DNA of 63,880 nucleotides, counting the filler. It is 4 parts of 4 records of this genome, joined end to end, with 100 filler letters (N's around TTAATTAATTAA, not from the genome) between each part and the next. Parts side by side here need not be neighbours in the genome. Positions count along the whole stretch, not along the records: positions 9,166 to 26,984 come from SRR2962707_918; positions 27,085 to 32,204 come from SRR2962707_919; 2 more parts are not named here. The stretch is one strand, 5' to 3'. The translations under genes were made by a program, and so were the position numbers. Below, one piece after another: positions 18,866-27,902 of this stretch; position 1 is the first letter of the stretch; every line of letters starts with the position of its first letter. The notes beneath the pieces are model-generated. The model was not told the DNA's origin, made no database searches, and saw only the letters and a list, made by a program, of their open reading frames with translations.

Positions 18866-19417
18866 ATGCGCAATTATCAAGCCGAAATTGACGCCCTCGA
18901 TACACGCATTGCCGATGCCGACCGCGTTGTCTCCGTTCTGAGTTTTCGTGAAGCCGAAGGCCAGGCGGTCGATGGCGACTTGGCTCGGGCACGCGAAAAG
19001 CTCGAAGCGCTGAAAGTTGATAGGGACACGCTGACCCGCGCTAAGGATGGCCAGAAGGCCTGGCTGGAGGATGAGGCGCGGATCGAGCGCGCAAAGCGGG
19101 TGAAGGAAAACCGCCAGCTTGGCCGGAAAAAGGTCAAGCGTCTTGAGGCACTGGCCAGGCGCGTCGATGAAATGGCTGCTGAGTTTGCGGAGGTCGTGCG
19201 CGAACTGCACCAGATCGACCACGATATGCGAGGGGTCGGCATTCGCGGCGAATTCATGTTCGAGGGCCGCTCTGGTCAGGGCCAGTTGAGCCAGATTGCC
19301 CGGCTTCATTTCGACCGGGCGATTGCCAAGGATCACGAAAAGCCCGACCGGCCCATGGTCGAGAGCGCCATGGTTGCATGGGGTGAGTGCCTGACCCTGC
19401 CGGATGAGGTCGAGTGA
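18866..19417 (+). CDS. Hypothetical coiled-coil protein
   Basis: 183 aa, charged heptad-like sequence, tightly packed between neighbours. Confidence 0.75.
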   Translation: MRNYQAEIDALDTRIADADRVVSVLSFREAEGQAVDGDLARAREKLEALKVDRDTLTRAKDGQKAWLEDEARIERAKRVKENRQLGRKKVKRLEALARRVDEMAAEFAEVVRELHQIDHDMRGVGIRGEFMFEGRSGQGQLSQIARLHFDRAIAKDHEKPDRPMVESAMVAWGECLTLPDEVE

Positions 19418-19418
19418 T

Positions 19419-22280
19419 ATGGCAGAGGTTCCGGTCTACAAACCCACGGTGCAGGAGCGCCCGGCATTTCAGCAGCCTTTGACCGTCCGCGCCTCTGGCG
19501 AGGATATGGGCGCCGCTATTGGCCGGGGCATGCAGTCGCTTGGGCAGGGTGTGCAGCGTGCATCGAACAATATCGCTGACCTGAACACTTTGATCGCCCA
19601 GGCCGATGCGAAAAACGCGCTCAACGAGTTCACCGCCTGGACCACAAACGCGGCCTATGGCGATGGCGGCTATCTGACTTTGCAGGGTAAAGCCGCGCTC
19701 GATGCGCACGCGAAATTCAACGCCGAACTGCGCAAAGCCCGCTCTGATTTCAGCCGCAAGCTGAGCCCTGCTGCCCGAGCCGTTTATGACCAGGCCTCTA
19801 CCGCCCGCGTTCTGTCGGCACAGCAGTCGGCACTAGTGCACCGGGCGGATCAGCAAAAGTCCTACATGGTCGGCACCTCGACGGCCCGGCAGGAACTGCT
19901 CGCCAATGAGGCGCTGCTCCATGCCGGCAATCCGGCGAAGATGAATTCAGCGCTGACATTGGGCGTGAACGAAGTCCGCGAACAAGGCGCGCTGCTGGGC
20001 TGGGATGAGCACACAACCAAGCTCAAGGTGCAGGAATACCAGTCGGCAACGCTTTCCAGTGTTGCGCTCCAGATCGCGCAAGAGGATCCTATCGCTGCGG
20101 TAGAGTTTCTTTCCGAACATGCCGACAAGATGACGCCCCTCGACGGCATGAAGCTGATTGATGCTCTGGCGCCTAAGGTTGCCGATGCTGCTGCCCGCGA
20201 TGCCGTCACGATGGGCTCGACGCCGATGGTTGCGCCGGGCAGTGCCGCTGATCTCATTGCGGGTTTCGAAGGTTTCAGCAGTTCGGCTTACAATGACCCT
20301 GAGCTGTCGGACACCGGGCAGCAGGTCGGGCCGAACATCTACCGCGCCGGGTTTGGTAGCAATACGGTTACGCGAGCCGATGGCACCGTTGTCGAGGTCA
20401 ATCCGTCAACGGTTGTGACTGAGGCCGATGCCAAGCGTGATTTGGCGCGGCGCCTGGCAGAAGAGTTCATTCCGCGTGCCATTGAGGCGGTTGGCGTCGA
20501 GGCATGGTCGCGGCTGGACAGCACGACGCAAAACGTGCTCGCCAGCCTGACCTATAATTATGGTTCACTGCCGGCACCTGTGGCCCGCGCTGTCGTGACT
20601 GGCGATAGAACAGCCATTGCCGCCGCGATTGAGGGGTTGGCCGGTCACAACGGCGGCATCAATGCCGATCGGCGCCGGAAAGAGGCCGCTTTGGTCCGCA
20701 ATGGCCTTGGCGCTGGTGTGCAGTTCTCTGAGCGTACCGAGGCCGTGCTATCCGCCTTGCCTGCCGATATGTCGGTGCAGATCCGCGAAGTCGCTGCCGA
20801 CGAGATTGGCCGCGAACGTGCCGCTGAGGCATCGGCGCGCCGGGCTGCGTCTGCCATTGCCAAGGAGACGCTTGCGCTAGGGATTGTGACCGGCAATGTC
20901 ACCTCCGAGCAGGAGATTTTGCAGCACCCTGACCTTGATGACGGCGACCGGGTGACGCTGATCAACTCGCTTCGATCCGAGCAGGGCGCCACCGCCGAGG
21001 CGCGGGCCTATGTGTCCGCACGCGCTGCTGGCGAAAACCGCGCGCTCAATCCGTACTCGGCTGACGATCGCTCACTGGCCGACAAAGCCTATGAGCTTGA
21101 GATGTCCACAGTGCCGCCCGAACAGCGCGACACAGTGAGCATGGAGTGGGTGCGCGACACCGGCATGATCCCCAGCCCGATGATTGCCGCCGTGCGCCAG
21201 GGGCTCAATTCCAATGACCTTGGCGCGGTAGCTGCGGCCATGGAGATGTCGGCCAAGCTATCGGCAGATGCGCCCATGGCAGTCGGGCACCTCGATAATG
21301 CTTCGGAAATCGAGCAGGCGGCGGCGCAGCACACCGCGATGGTCGATGGCAAGGGCTGGAGCGCAGAACAGGCCGCGCGGTTCATCATCGATCAACGCGA
21401 CCCGAAGAACCGGGCAAACGCCGAATTACTCAAATCCGCATGGACCGAAGCGGCCAAGGGGCTGGGTATCGGTGATGTGCTGAGCGCCTTCGGAGACAAC
21501 ATCTTGCCGGGTGGACCTGTCGCCGGGCTTACACCTCTACAGCAAGAGGCGGTGCTTGCCGACTATCTGAGCGCTGCCGAAACCGCGTTTAAGGGGCCAG
21601 CTCAGGGTGACGTTGGCATAGCGCGCTCGATGGCCCTTGCCCAGATCAAGCGCACCTATGGCGTATCGACAGTATCGGGGCAAGAGGTGATCATGCCGTT
21701 CCCGCCCGAAATGCTTTACCCGCCTGTCGGGGGTTCTCACGACTATATCCGCGACATGGCCATAGCCGATGTGCGCCAGGTCGCCCCGGATGCCCAGAAC
21801 GTCATGCTGACGGCGGTGCCTGAGACTGCCCAGGACGTGCGTTCGGGCAAGCCGCCGCGCTATGCCCTGACATTTGTTCGGCCCGATGGTGTGATTGATC
21901 AGGTGCCGGGGTTGTTCGTGGTGGACACCGACCAGCTCCAGCAACTCGCCATGCTCGACACCGAGGAACGGCGCCTGCGTTTCGAGATCGAACGGGCCTA
22001 CAAGTCTGCTCTCAGCGACCGGCCCATGGATTTCACCCGCACCTATATCGAGCGCATGAGCGGGGGGCTGGTTGGCCCGCCGACGCCTGCCGAAGTGGTG
22101 CCGGGCTTCGCTGACCTCGATGCGCAGTTGACCGACATCGGCCTGCGCCGTGACGCACTGCTGGGCCGTCCTGCCTCGCTGGGCAGCGCCGTGCCAATGG
22201 TCGATCCTGCCGACGCTGAGGCCGCATGGCTTGAGCAGCAATCCTCAACCTTTGGAATAATGGGAGGGGCGGCGCGATGA
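19419..22280 (+). CDS. Large helical protein with internal phage lysozyme (GH24-like) domain; probable podovirus-type internal virion/ejection protein
   Basis: ADLIAGFEGFSSSAYND...YRAGFGS...LASLTYNYG...NADRRRKEAAL at about 20245-20700; Ala/Gln-rich helical remainder. Confidence 0.78.
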   Translation: MAEVPVYKPTVQERPAFQQPLTVRASGEDMGAAIGRGMQSLGQGVQRASNNIADLNTLIAQADAKNALNEFTAWTTNAAYGDGGYLTLQGKAALDAHAKFNAELRKARSDFSRKLSPAARAVYDQASTARVLSAQQSALVHRADQQKSYMVGTSTARQELLANEALLHAGNPAKMNSALTLGVNEVREQGALLGWDEHTTKLKVQEYQSATLSSVALQIAQEDPIAAVEFLSEHADKMTPLDGMKLIDALAPKVADAAARDAVTMGSTPMVAPGSAADLIAGFEGFSSSAYNDPELSDTGQQVGPNIYRAGFGSNTVTRADGTVVEVNPSTVVTEADAKRDLARRLAEEFIPRAIEAVGVEAWSRLDSTTQNVLASLTYNYGSLPAPVARAVVTGDRTAIAAAIEGLAGHNGGINADRRRKEAALVRNGLGAGVQFSERTEAVLSALPADMSVQIREVAADEIGRERAAEASARRAASAIAKETLALGIVTGNVTSEQEILQHPDLDDGDRVTLINSLRSEQGATAEARAYVSARAAGENRALNPYSADDRSLADKAYELEMSTVPPEQRDTVSMEWVRDTGMIPSPMIAAVRQGLNSNDLGAVAAAMEMSAKLSADAPMAVGHLDNASEIEQAAAQHTAMVDGKGWSAEQAARFIIDQRDPKNRANAELLKSAWTEAAKGLGIGDVLSAFGDNILPGGPVAGLTPLQQEAVLADYLSAAETAFKGPAQGDVGIARSMALAQIKRTYGVSTVSGQEVIMPFPPEMLYPPVGGSHDYIRDMAIADVRQVAPDAQNVMLTAVPETAQDVRSGKPPRYALTFVRPDGVIDQVPGLFVVDTDQLQQLAMLDTEERRLRFEIERAYKSALSDRPMDFTRTYIERMSGGLVGPPTPAEVVPGFADLDAQLTDIGLRRDALLGRPASLGSAVPMVDPADAEAAWLEQQSSTFGIMGGAAR

Positions 22281-25200
22281 TCGTTCCACGCGAAGAAACC
22301 AATGTGGTCCCCAATGCCGGCGCCCTCGACCTGACACCGCGTCAGATGGATGCGCCCAATGCGGGCGACGTGATCGGTGCGGCGTTTAGAACCGAGAGCC
22401 CGATTGTTTCGTTCCTATCCCAGCACAGGGCAGGGGGCGACAAGGATCCTGCATTCAACCCTTGGGATGACATTGCCGGCACTGAGTTCGAACCGTATTG
22501 GGACCGGTTTGCGACCGTCTGGAATGCCGGCCAATCCGCCGCGCTGAAACAGCAGATCACGCAGGAATTGGCCGACCGCCGCACGCTCGCCGCATCCGGT
22601 GGATGGGGCATGCTCGCTGGTATGGGCGCATCTGTGCTGTCGCCCGATGTGCTCCTGCCGGGCGGCACGATCTATCGCGGGGTCCGCACCGGCCAGGCCG
22701 CGCTGCGCACTGCAATGTCAACGGCGGGCGCCACGGCACTGTCAACGTCGATGGCCGAAATGGGCCTTCTGGCCACCCAGGAGCTACGGACACCTCAAGA
22801 GGCAGCGGTGAATGTCGGCATGTCTGCCCTGCTGGGCGGTGTGCTGGGCGGCACGATCTCCGGGGTGTTCTCCGGTGGCGATTGGCTGCGCCTGTCTCGG
22901 GGCATGGATGATGAGGCCATTGCCGCGAACGATATGCGGCTGCTGGAACAGAACGAAAATGCAGTGCTCGCCGGCATCAAGTCCTCAGATGCTGGTGCTA
23001 TGGCGCGGCGCGTCCCGACCTTGGCCGAAAACACCATCGCCGGGCGCGCTGCTGCCACAGTTGGCGCAGCGACGGCTCAATTGAACCCCGTTTTGCGGGC
23101 GCTGCACTCGGCCTCGCCAGTATTTCGCGACATCGCAACCCGGCTATTCGAGAACCCGATCTATGTGAAGGCCAATCTTGCCGGGGAAACTAGCGGGCCA
23201 GCGGTCGAGACGATGGTCAAGCAATACCAGGGCAGTCTGGCGCGGGGTCTGGAGCAATACACCGCCGCTTATGGCGAACACCGCAAAGCGGGCGGGCAAC
23301 TTTCCCGCGCCGAATTCAGTGAAGCCGTGAGCCGCGCTATGCGCCGGGCAGACAGGAGCACCGACCCGACAATAGCCAAGGCTGCGCAGGCTTGGCGGTC
23401 GAGCTTGTTTGACGCGGGTAAAGAGGAAGCAATCAAGCTCGGCATGTTGCCGGCTGATGTGTCGGTCGAGACGGCCAGCAGCTACCTGACCCGCATGTAT
23501 AATCGACCGCTGATCGAGGCCCGCGAACAGGAGTTTAAGGCCATTGTGCGCGGCTGGCTCGACCAGGAGGTGCGCAACGCACAAATTCGGTTCGATAACG
23601 GCAAGCTCGACCCCCGCTATGCGACCGATGCCCGCCCACCTGAATTTCTAAACGACGCCGACCGGGCAGGGTACGTCAACGAGATCACCGACGCCGTGTT
23701 CAACAAGATCACTGGCCGCGAGTTCGACATGGACATGCCGCGCGACCTTGTGGTGACGGATCGCGGCCCCCTGGCCAAGCGCACGTTCTCGATCCCCGAC
23801 CATATGATCGAGCCCTTCCTCGAGAACGACATCGAGGTGATCGCCCGTCGCTATGCTCGCGTTATGGGCGCCGACATTGAGCTGACCCGGCAATTCGGCA
23901 GCGTGGACCTGGCTGACCAGATCAAGGACATCAAGACCGACTATGCCAAGCTGCGCGAGGCGGTGCAGGCCGGTGTCGATCCTGAGACGGGCGCGCCGCT
24001 ACCCAAAAAGCTGACCGCGAAACAGCGGGAAGCCGAGATCAAACGGCTATCGCAGCGCGAAAAGTCGGACTTGGCCGACCTCAAGGCCCTCCGCGACCTC
24101 ATCCGAGGCACGCACTTGGCCGAATTGCAGGGGAAGATCGGCACCCGAGCGATGCGGGTTGCCGGCACCTTCAATTTCATCCGGTCTCTGGGCGGCGTCG
24201 CCCTTTCGTCTGTTGGTGATGTTGGGCGGCATCTAATGGTGCACGCGTTTGCTCAGGACGGCGGCGTGCTGCGCGATGGGCTGTTGCCGCTGATCAGGAA
24301 CGTCAAGGGCGTCAGGATGGCGGCTGGCGAGGCCAAGCTAGCGGGCACGGTGCTTGAGAGAGTGCTGAACACTAGGCTCGCGACCATGGCGGAACTGACG
24401 GATCCCTATTCATCGCGGTCGCCATTCGAGGCGTTCATGGATAACTCGGCAACGGTGTTTTCCAAGCTGACGCTGCTGGACCAGTGGACGGACTTCAACA
24501 AGTCGCTGGCCTCGACCATGACACAGAACCGCGTCCTTCGCGGCTCCGGCAACTATGCGGGGCTGACGAAAAAGGAGCGCGCATATCTCGCCTATCTCGG
24601 CATTGATGGCAGCATGGCCGAACGCATTGCCCGGCAATTCGAGGCACATGGCCTTGAGGATGGCGGCGTGCGGGTGGCGAACAGCGAAGAATGGACCGAC
24701 GATGTTGCCCGGCGCTCGTTTCGCGCGGCCATCGCGAAAGACGTGGACACGACGATTGTGACCAAGGGCGTCGGGGATATTCCGCTCTGGATGAACACCC
24801 CTGCCGGCAAGCTGATCGGGCAATTTAAGTCGTTTTCTTTAAGCGCCCATCAGCGAGTTTTGATGCGCGGTTTGCAGGAGCGCCAAGCCGCAATGGTGTC
24901 GGGCGTCATCTTCTCAATGATGGCCGGCATGCTGGCGTATGTCCTGAAATCTGCCGAGAGCAATCGCATGGACGACATCTCCGACAATCCGGGCCGGTTC
25001 ATAGCCGAAGGATTAGATCGCTCGGGCATTTTCTCAATTGCGTTCGAGATCAACAACACGGTCGAAAAGGCGTTCGGGGTCGGTGCCTATGGCGCCTTGG
25101 CCGCTGCGTTCCCCAATGCCAGCCAGGAGGGGACGGCCAGCCGCTACGCTATGCGCTCGACCGCTGCGGGCTTTGGTGGCCCCTCAGCAGACCTAATCGA

Positions 25201-25357
25201 CACGGCGGTGCGTGCTGCCCAGGCCATCAAGGGCAGTGGCGACGGATTGACCGAGGGCGACGTGAATTCGATCCGGCGATTGCTGCCATACGCGACGTTG
25301 CCGGGCATTCGCTCATTGGTCGAGTGGGTCGGCGTGCCGGCAGTAGCGGGCAAATAA
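22277..25357 (+). CDS. 1026-aa probable podovirus-type DNA ejection protein (T7 gp16/epsilon15-like position and architecture)
   Basis: N-terminal glycine-zipper hydrophobic segments (GWGMLAGMGASVL; NVGMSALLGGVLGG), YLTRMY, LIGQFKSF, C-terminal hydrophobic helices and RRLLPY; ATGA-coupled to upstream gene. Confidence 0.72.
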   Translation: MIVPREETNVVPNAGALDLTPRQMDAPNAGDVIGAAFRTESPIVSFLSQHRAGGDKDPAFNPWDDIAGTEFEPYWDRFATVWNAGQSAALKQQITQELADRRTLAASGGWGMLAGMGASVLSPDVLLPGGTIYRGVRTGQAALRTAMSTAGATALSTSMAEMGLLATQELRTPQEAAVNVGMSALLGGVLGGTISGVFSGGDWLRLSRGMDDEAIAANDMRLLEQNENAVLAGIKSSDAGAMARRVPTLAENTIAGRAAATVGAATAQLNPVLRALHSASPVFRDIATRLFENPIYVKANLAGETSGPAVETMVKQYQGSLARGLEQYTAAYGEHRKAGGQLSRAEFSEAVSRAMRRADRSTDPTIAKAAQAWRSSLFDAGKEEAIKLGMLPADVSVETASSYLTRMYNRPLIEAREQEFKAIVRGWLDQEVRNAQIRFDNGKLDPRYATDARPPEFLNDADRAGYVNEITDAVFNKITGREFDMDMPRDLVVTDRGPLAKRTFSIPDHMIEPFLENDIEVIARRYARVMGADIELTRQFGSVDLADQIKDIKTDYAKLREAVQAGVDPETGAPLPKKLTAKQREAEIKRLSQREKSDLADLKALRDLIRGTHLAELQGKIGTRAMRVAGTFNFIRSLGGVALSSVGDVGRHLMVHAFAQDGGVLRDGLLPLIRNVKGVRMAAGEAKLAGTVLERVLNTRLATMAELTDPYSSRSPFEAFMDNSATVFSKLTLLDQWTDFNKSLASTMTQNRVLRGSGNYAGLTKKERAYLAYLGIDGSMAERIARQFEAHGLEDGGVRVANSEEWTDDVARRSFRAAIAKDVDTTIVTKGVGDIPLWMNTPAGKLIGQFKSFSLSAHQRVLMRGLQERQAAMVSGVIFSMMAGMLAYVLKSAESNRMDDISDNPGRFIAEGLDRSGIFSIAFEINNTVEKAFGVGAYGALAAAFPNASQEGTASRYAMRSTAAGFGGPSADLIDTAVRAAQAIKGSGDGLTEGDVNSIRRLLPYATLPGIRSLVEWVGVPAVAGK

Positions 25358-25583
25358 TCTTGGCCGGCCTTCGCCATCGGGCCGGGCAGGTATGGCGGGG
25401 TGGAAACGGGTCATATCGTCCACCCCGCCTCGTCGCGGTACTGGTGAACTTAGATTTCGGCGTCACCTTGGCTGTCTGTGGCTGTGAACTTGAGTTGTTT
25501 TTTGAAGGCTAACAGGGCACTGACCTTGATACACGAAGAAGTGTGATGTAGCTCAAAGATGTCAGAGAGGAATTTTTTAGCCG

Positions 25584-26108
25584 ATGGTGAAGACTTATCA
25601 ATTTTCTCGTTTGGGCGCTGAAGGGCCTACCTATGAAGATCTTCTTGCAGATTGGCGCAACCAGTGTGAAACGTTTGACGAGGACTTTGATACTTACAGC
25701 GCTATCCCCTTCAGCGTGTTCAAGGAAATCCAAGAGCGCGATGCCGAAAACACCGGTCTCTACGCGGTTTGCCATGATGATGGGTTTGATGCCGTATGCA
25801 TGGTGAACCACGCGCGTATTCCTAAGCATGATGGCCCAGTGTTGAGGGTGCGACACATACTCCTGTCGCCGACATTCGACTTCGGAGAGCTTGACATTGC
25901 TGAATATGGTGGTGCACTTGTTCGCATCCTTCAGGGAGCGCTTGCGTTATCATCTGAAGGTAAACTGCAAGCCCGCTACATCAAGTTGCATGCTCGCAGT
26001 CCCGCTGACTTTCCGTTTTTCACCGCCCTTCAAACGGCGTTAGACGGAACTTCCGTGTTCGAGTCTGTAAAAATGGCTGGTGCATGGTTACATATAACGA
26101 AGAAGTAA
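25584..26108 (+). CDS. Hypothetical cargo protein (possible GNAT-like fold)
   Basis: 174 aa, GAGG RBS, more AT-rich than the element core. Confidence 0.75.
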   Translation: MVKTYQFSRLGAEGPTYEDLLADWRNQCETFDEDFDTYSAIPFSVFKEIQERDAENTGLYAVCHDDGFDAVCMVNHARIPKHDGPVLRVRHILLSPTFDFGELDIAEYGGALVRILQGALALSSEGKLQARYIKLHARSPADFPFFTALQTALDGTSVFESVKMAGAWLHITKK

Positions 26109-26150
26109 CCACCTACAGGGTATGGTTGCGATCACATCGAGGGACGGACA

Positions 26151-26285
26151 ATGAAGATTGAGCAAAACGACGAACTGCTATCAGCAGTCGTATCTGCCAT
26201 CAGGAACGTCGGCCTGACCGCTTTCAAGAAAACCTCTCTGTTCGCTTCAAATGAGCGATTGATTGAGGTGAAGAAGGCAGCGTGA
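26151..26285 (+). CDS. 44-aa small protein (absent from ORF track)
   Basis: MKIEQNDELLSAVVSAIRNVGLTAFKKTSLFASNERLIEVKKAA*; purine-rich RBS; followed by terminator. Confidence 0.6.
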   Translation: MKIEQNDELLSAVVSAIRNVGLTAFKKTSLFASNERLIEVKKAA

Positions 26286-26309
26286 TTGCTTGATCAACGC
26301 TGTAGTTTG

Positions 26310-26334
26310 AAGCCCCGCTTGTGCGGGGCTTTTT
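26310..26334 (+). terminator. Rho-independent terminator
   Basis: AAGCCCCGC-TTGT-GCGGGGCTT followed by further Ts. Confidence 0.88.
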
Positions 26335-26428
26335 ATTGTCTGGTTAATTGTGTGGACTGCGGCAGAATTCCGGTCGGCCGTCAACATGCCGAGTAAGTTC
26401 TTAGCTGCGCTGGCCTAGTGGCGACAGC

Positions 26429-26749
26429 CTATTCGGACCGCAGGCAAGATATGGGATCCGCCGCATTGGGGTTGTCGGTAAACACCACCCATTTGTCAGC
26501 CGCAGCAGGAACATCAGTTACATAGAGCCAGAGGAACGATGTCACCGGGTGTGAGCTGATGTCGCCTTCATACACCCAGCAGTCGGCGGCGTTGGGTGGC
26601 CCCTCAATCACCCAAACATCTGCTGCTTCCGGCGCGTCAGTCACGTATATGTCGCTGGCATGGGCCAGGGCAGACGTTCCGCCGAGAAGTATCAACGCGG
26701 AAAAGACCTTCGCATAGAAGCTCCACTTGTCGAATGCGGTCTGGATCAT
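26429..26749 (-). CDS. Small secreted protein with short internal repeats (DUF6150-like)
   Basis: Signal peptide ending ALAHA; repeats IYVTDAPEAADVWV, LYVTDVPAAADKWV, VFTDNPNAAD; GAGG RBS. Confidence 0.7.
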   Translation of the reverse strand: MIQTAFDKWSFYAKVFSALILLGGTSALAHASDIYVTDAPEAADVWVIEGPPNAADCWVYEGDISSHPVTSFLWLYVTDVPAAADKWVVFTDNPNAADPISCLRSE

Positions 26750-26953
26750 GTCGGTTGCTCCCTCAAGCCTCGATCAACCTTGCCGGGGCTCTCGGCAATC
26801 GGTCAAGCGGAATGAGAACAAAAGCGAACATGCGGACGGCACTCAGGTCTGCTGAACCTAATTTTCGGAACACTCTGTGAACCGATTGCGCTAGATGCGT
26901 TGCAAAAGTGGCACTTTGCGCCAAGCTGCGCCGGTTGCGCGTAGATGCCATCT

Positions 26954-26984
26954 GCTCATAACGGTCTGGTTCCAGGTTCGAGTC
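26954..26984 (+). repeat. Right att site: duplicated tRNA segment starting at the CAT anticodon loop
   Basis: GCTCATAACGGTCTGGTTCCAGGTTCGAGTC; upstream sequence does not form a tRNA 5' half. Confidence 0.88.
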
Positions 26985-27084
26985 NNNNNNNNNNNNNNNN
27001 NNNNNNNNNNNNNNNNNNNNNNNNNNNNTTAATTAATTAANNNNNNNNNNNNNNNNNNNNNNNNNNNNNNNNNNNNNNNNNNNN
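26985..27084. other. Artificial contig linker
   Basis: N44-TTAATTAATTAA-N44. Confidence 0.99.
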
Positions 27085-27085
27085 A

Positions 27086-27841
27086 ATGGACGCCAACAAC
27101 GCCTACCTGGATATTCAGGCCGGATCCGGCGGCACCGAAGCCCAGGACTGGGCGGAGATGCTGCTGCGCATGTACCTGCGCTGGGGCGAGGCCCACGGCT
27201 TCAAGACCTCCCTGGAGGAAGCCTCCGCCGGCGACGTGGCCGGTATCAAATCCGCCACCGTGCGTTTCGAAGGGCCCTACGCCTACGGCTGGCTGCGGAC
27301 CGAGACCGGCGTGCACCGTCTGGTGCGCAAGAGCCCGTTCGACTCCGGCGGCCGCCGCCATACCTCGTTCACCTCGGTGTTCGTGGCACCGGAAGTGGAT
27401 GACAACATCGACATCGAGATCGACCCGGGCAAGCTGCGCACCGACACCTATCGCGCCTCCGGCGCCGGTGGTCAGCACGTTAACCGGACCGACTCCGCGG
27501 TACGTCTGACCTATGTGTTCACCGATCCGGATACCGGCCAGGAACACACCGTGGTGACCCAGTGCCAGTCCGAGCGCAGCCAGCACCAGAACCGGGACAA
27601 GGCCACCAAGATGCTGATGGCCAAGCTCTACGAACTGGAAATGCAGAAACGCAACTCGGCCAAGCAGGCGCAGGAAAACGCCAAGTCGGACATCGGCTGG
27701 GGCAGCCAGATCCGTTCCTATGTGCTGGACGACGGCCGCATCAAGGATCTGCGCACCAACGTGGAAAGCCACAATACCCAGCAGGTCCTGGACGGTGATC
27801 TGGACCGCTTTATCGAAGCGTCCCTTAAAAGCGGGTTGTAA
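27086..27841 (+). CDS. prfB: Peptide chain release factor 2, 5'-truncated
   Basis: [13 protein letters not shown] specificity tripeptide, GGQ motif, [11 protein letters not shown]; upstream of lysS. Confidence 0.97.
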   Translation: MDANNAYLDIQAGSGGTEAQDWAEMLLRMYLRWGEAHGFKTSLEEASAGDVAGIKSATVRFEGPYAYGWLRTETGVHRLVRKSPFDSGGRRHTSFTSVFVAPEVDDNIDIEIDPGKLRTDTYRASGAGGQHVNRTDSAVRLTYVFTDPDTGQEHTVVTQCQSERSQHQNRDKATKMLMAKLYELEMQKRNSAKQAQENAKSDIGWGSQIRSYVLDDGRIKDLRTNVESHNTQQVLDGDLDRFIEASLKSGL

Positions 27842-27902
27842 AGAAAGACGCGGCTGTAATACCAGGGTCCGCCGCCGGACCGCGAAACAGGTTAGAGAGA
27901 TA

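Larger units (their letters stand above)
9166..26984. mobile_element. 17.8-kb tRNA-integrated phage satellite (PICI-like)
   Basis: tRNA-derived att at both ends; int, xis, XRE, alpA, helicase/Rep, ori-like repeats, terS; no recognisable capsid, portal, TerL, tail or conjugation genes. Confidence 0.85.

Noticed and set aside
26885-26935. Partial TTGC-N7-GC matches near the right att
   Set aside because: Imperfect matches; could be integrase arm sites or chance, so not counted as operators.
9166-26984. Intact prophage, ICE or gene transfer agent
   Set aside because: No capsid, portal, TerL, tail, relaxase or T4SS genes recognised between the two att sites.
27085-27120. prfB programmed +1 frameshift site
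   Set aside because: It lies near the 5' end of the gene, which is beyond the contig start.
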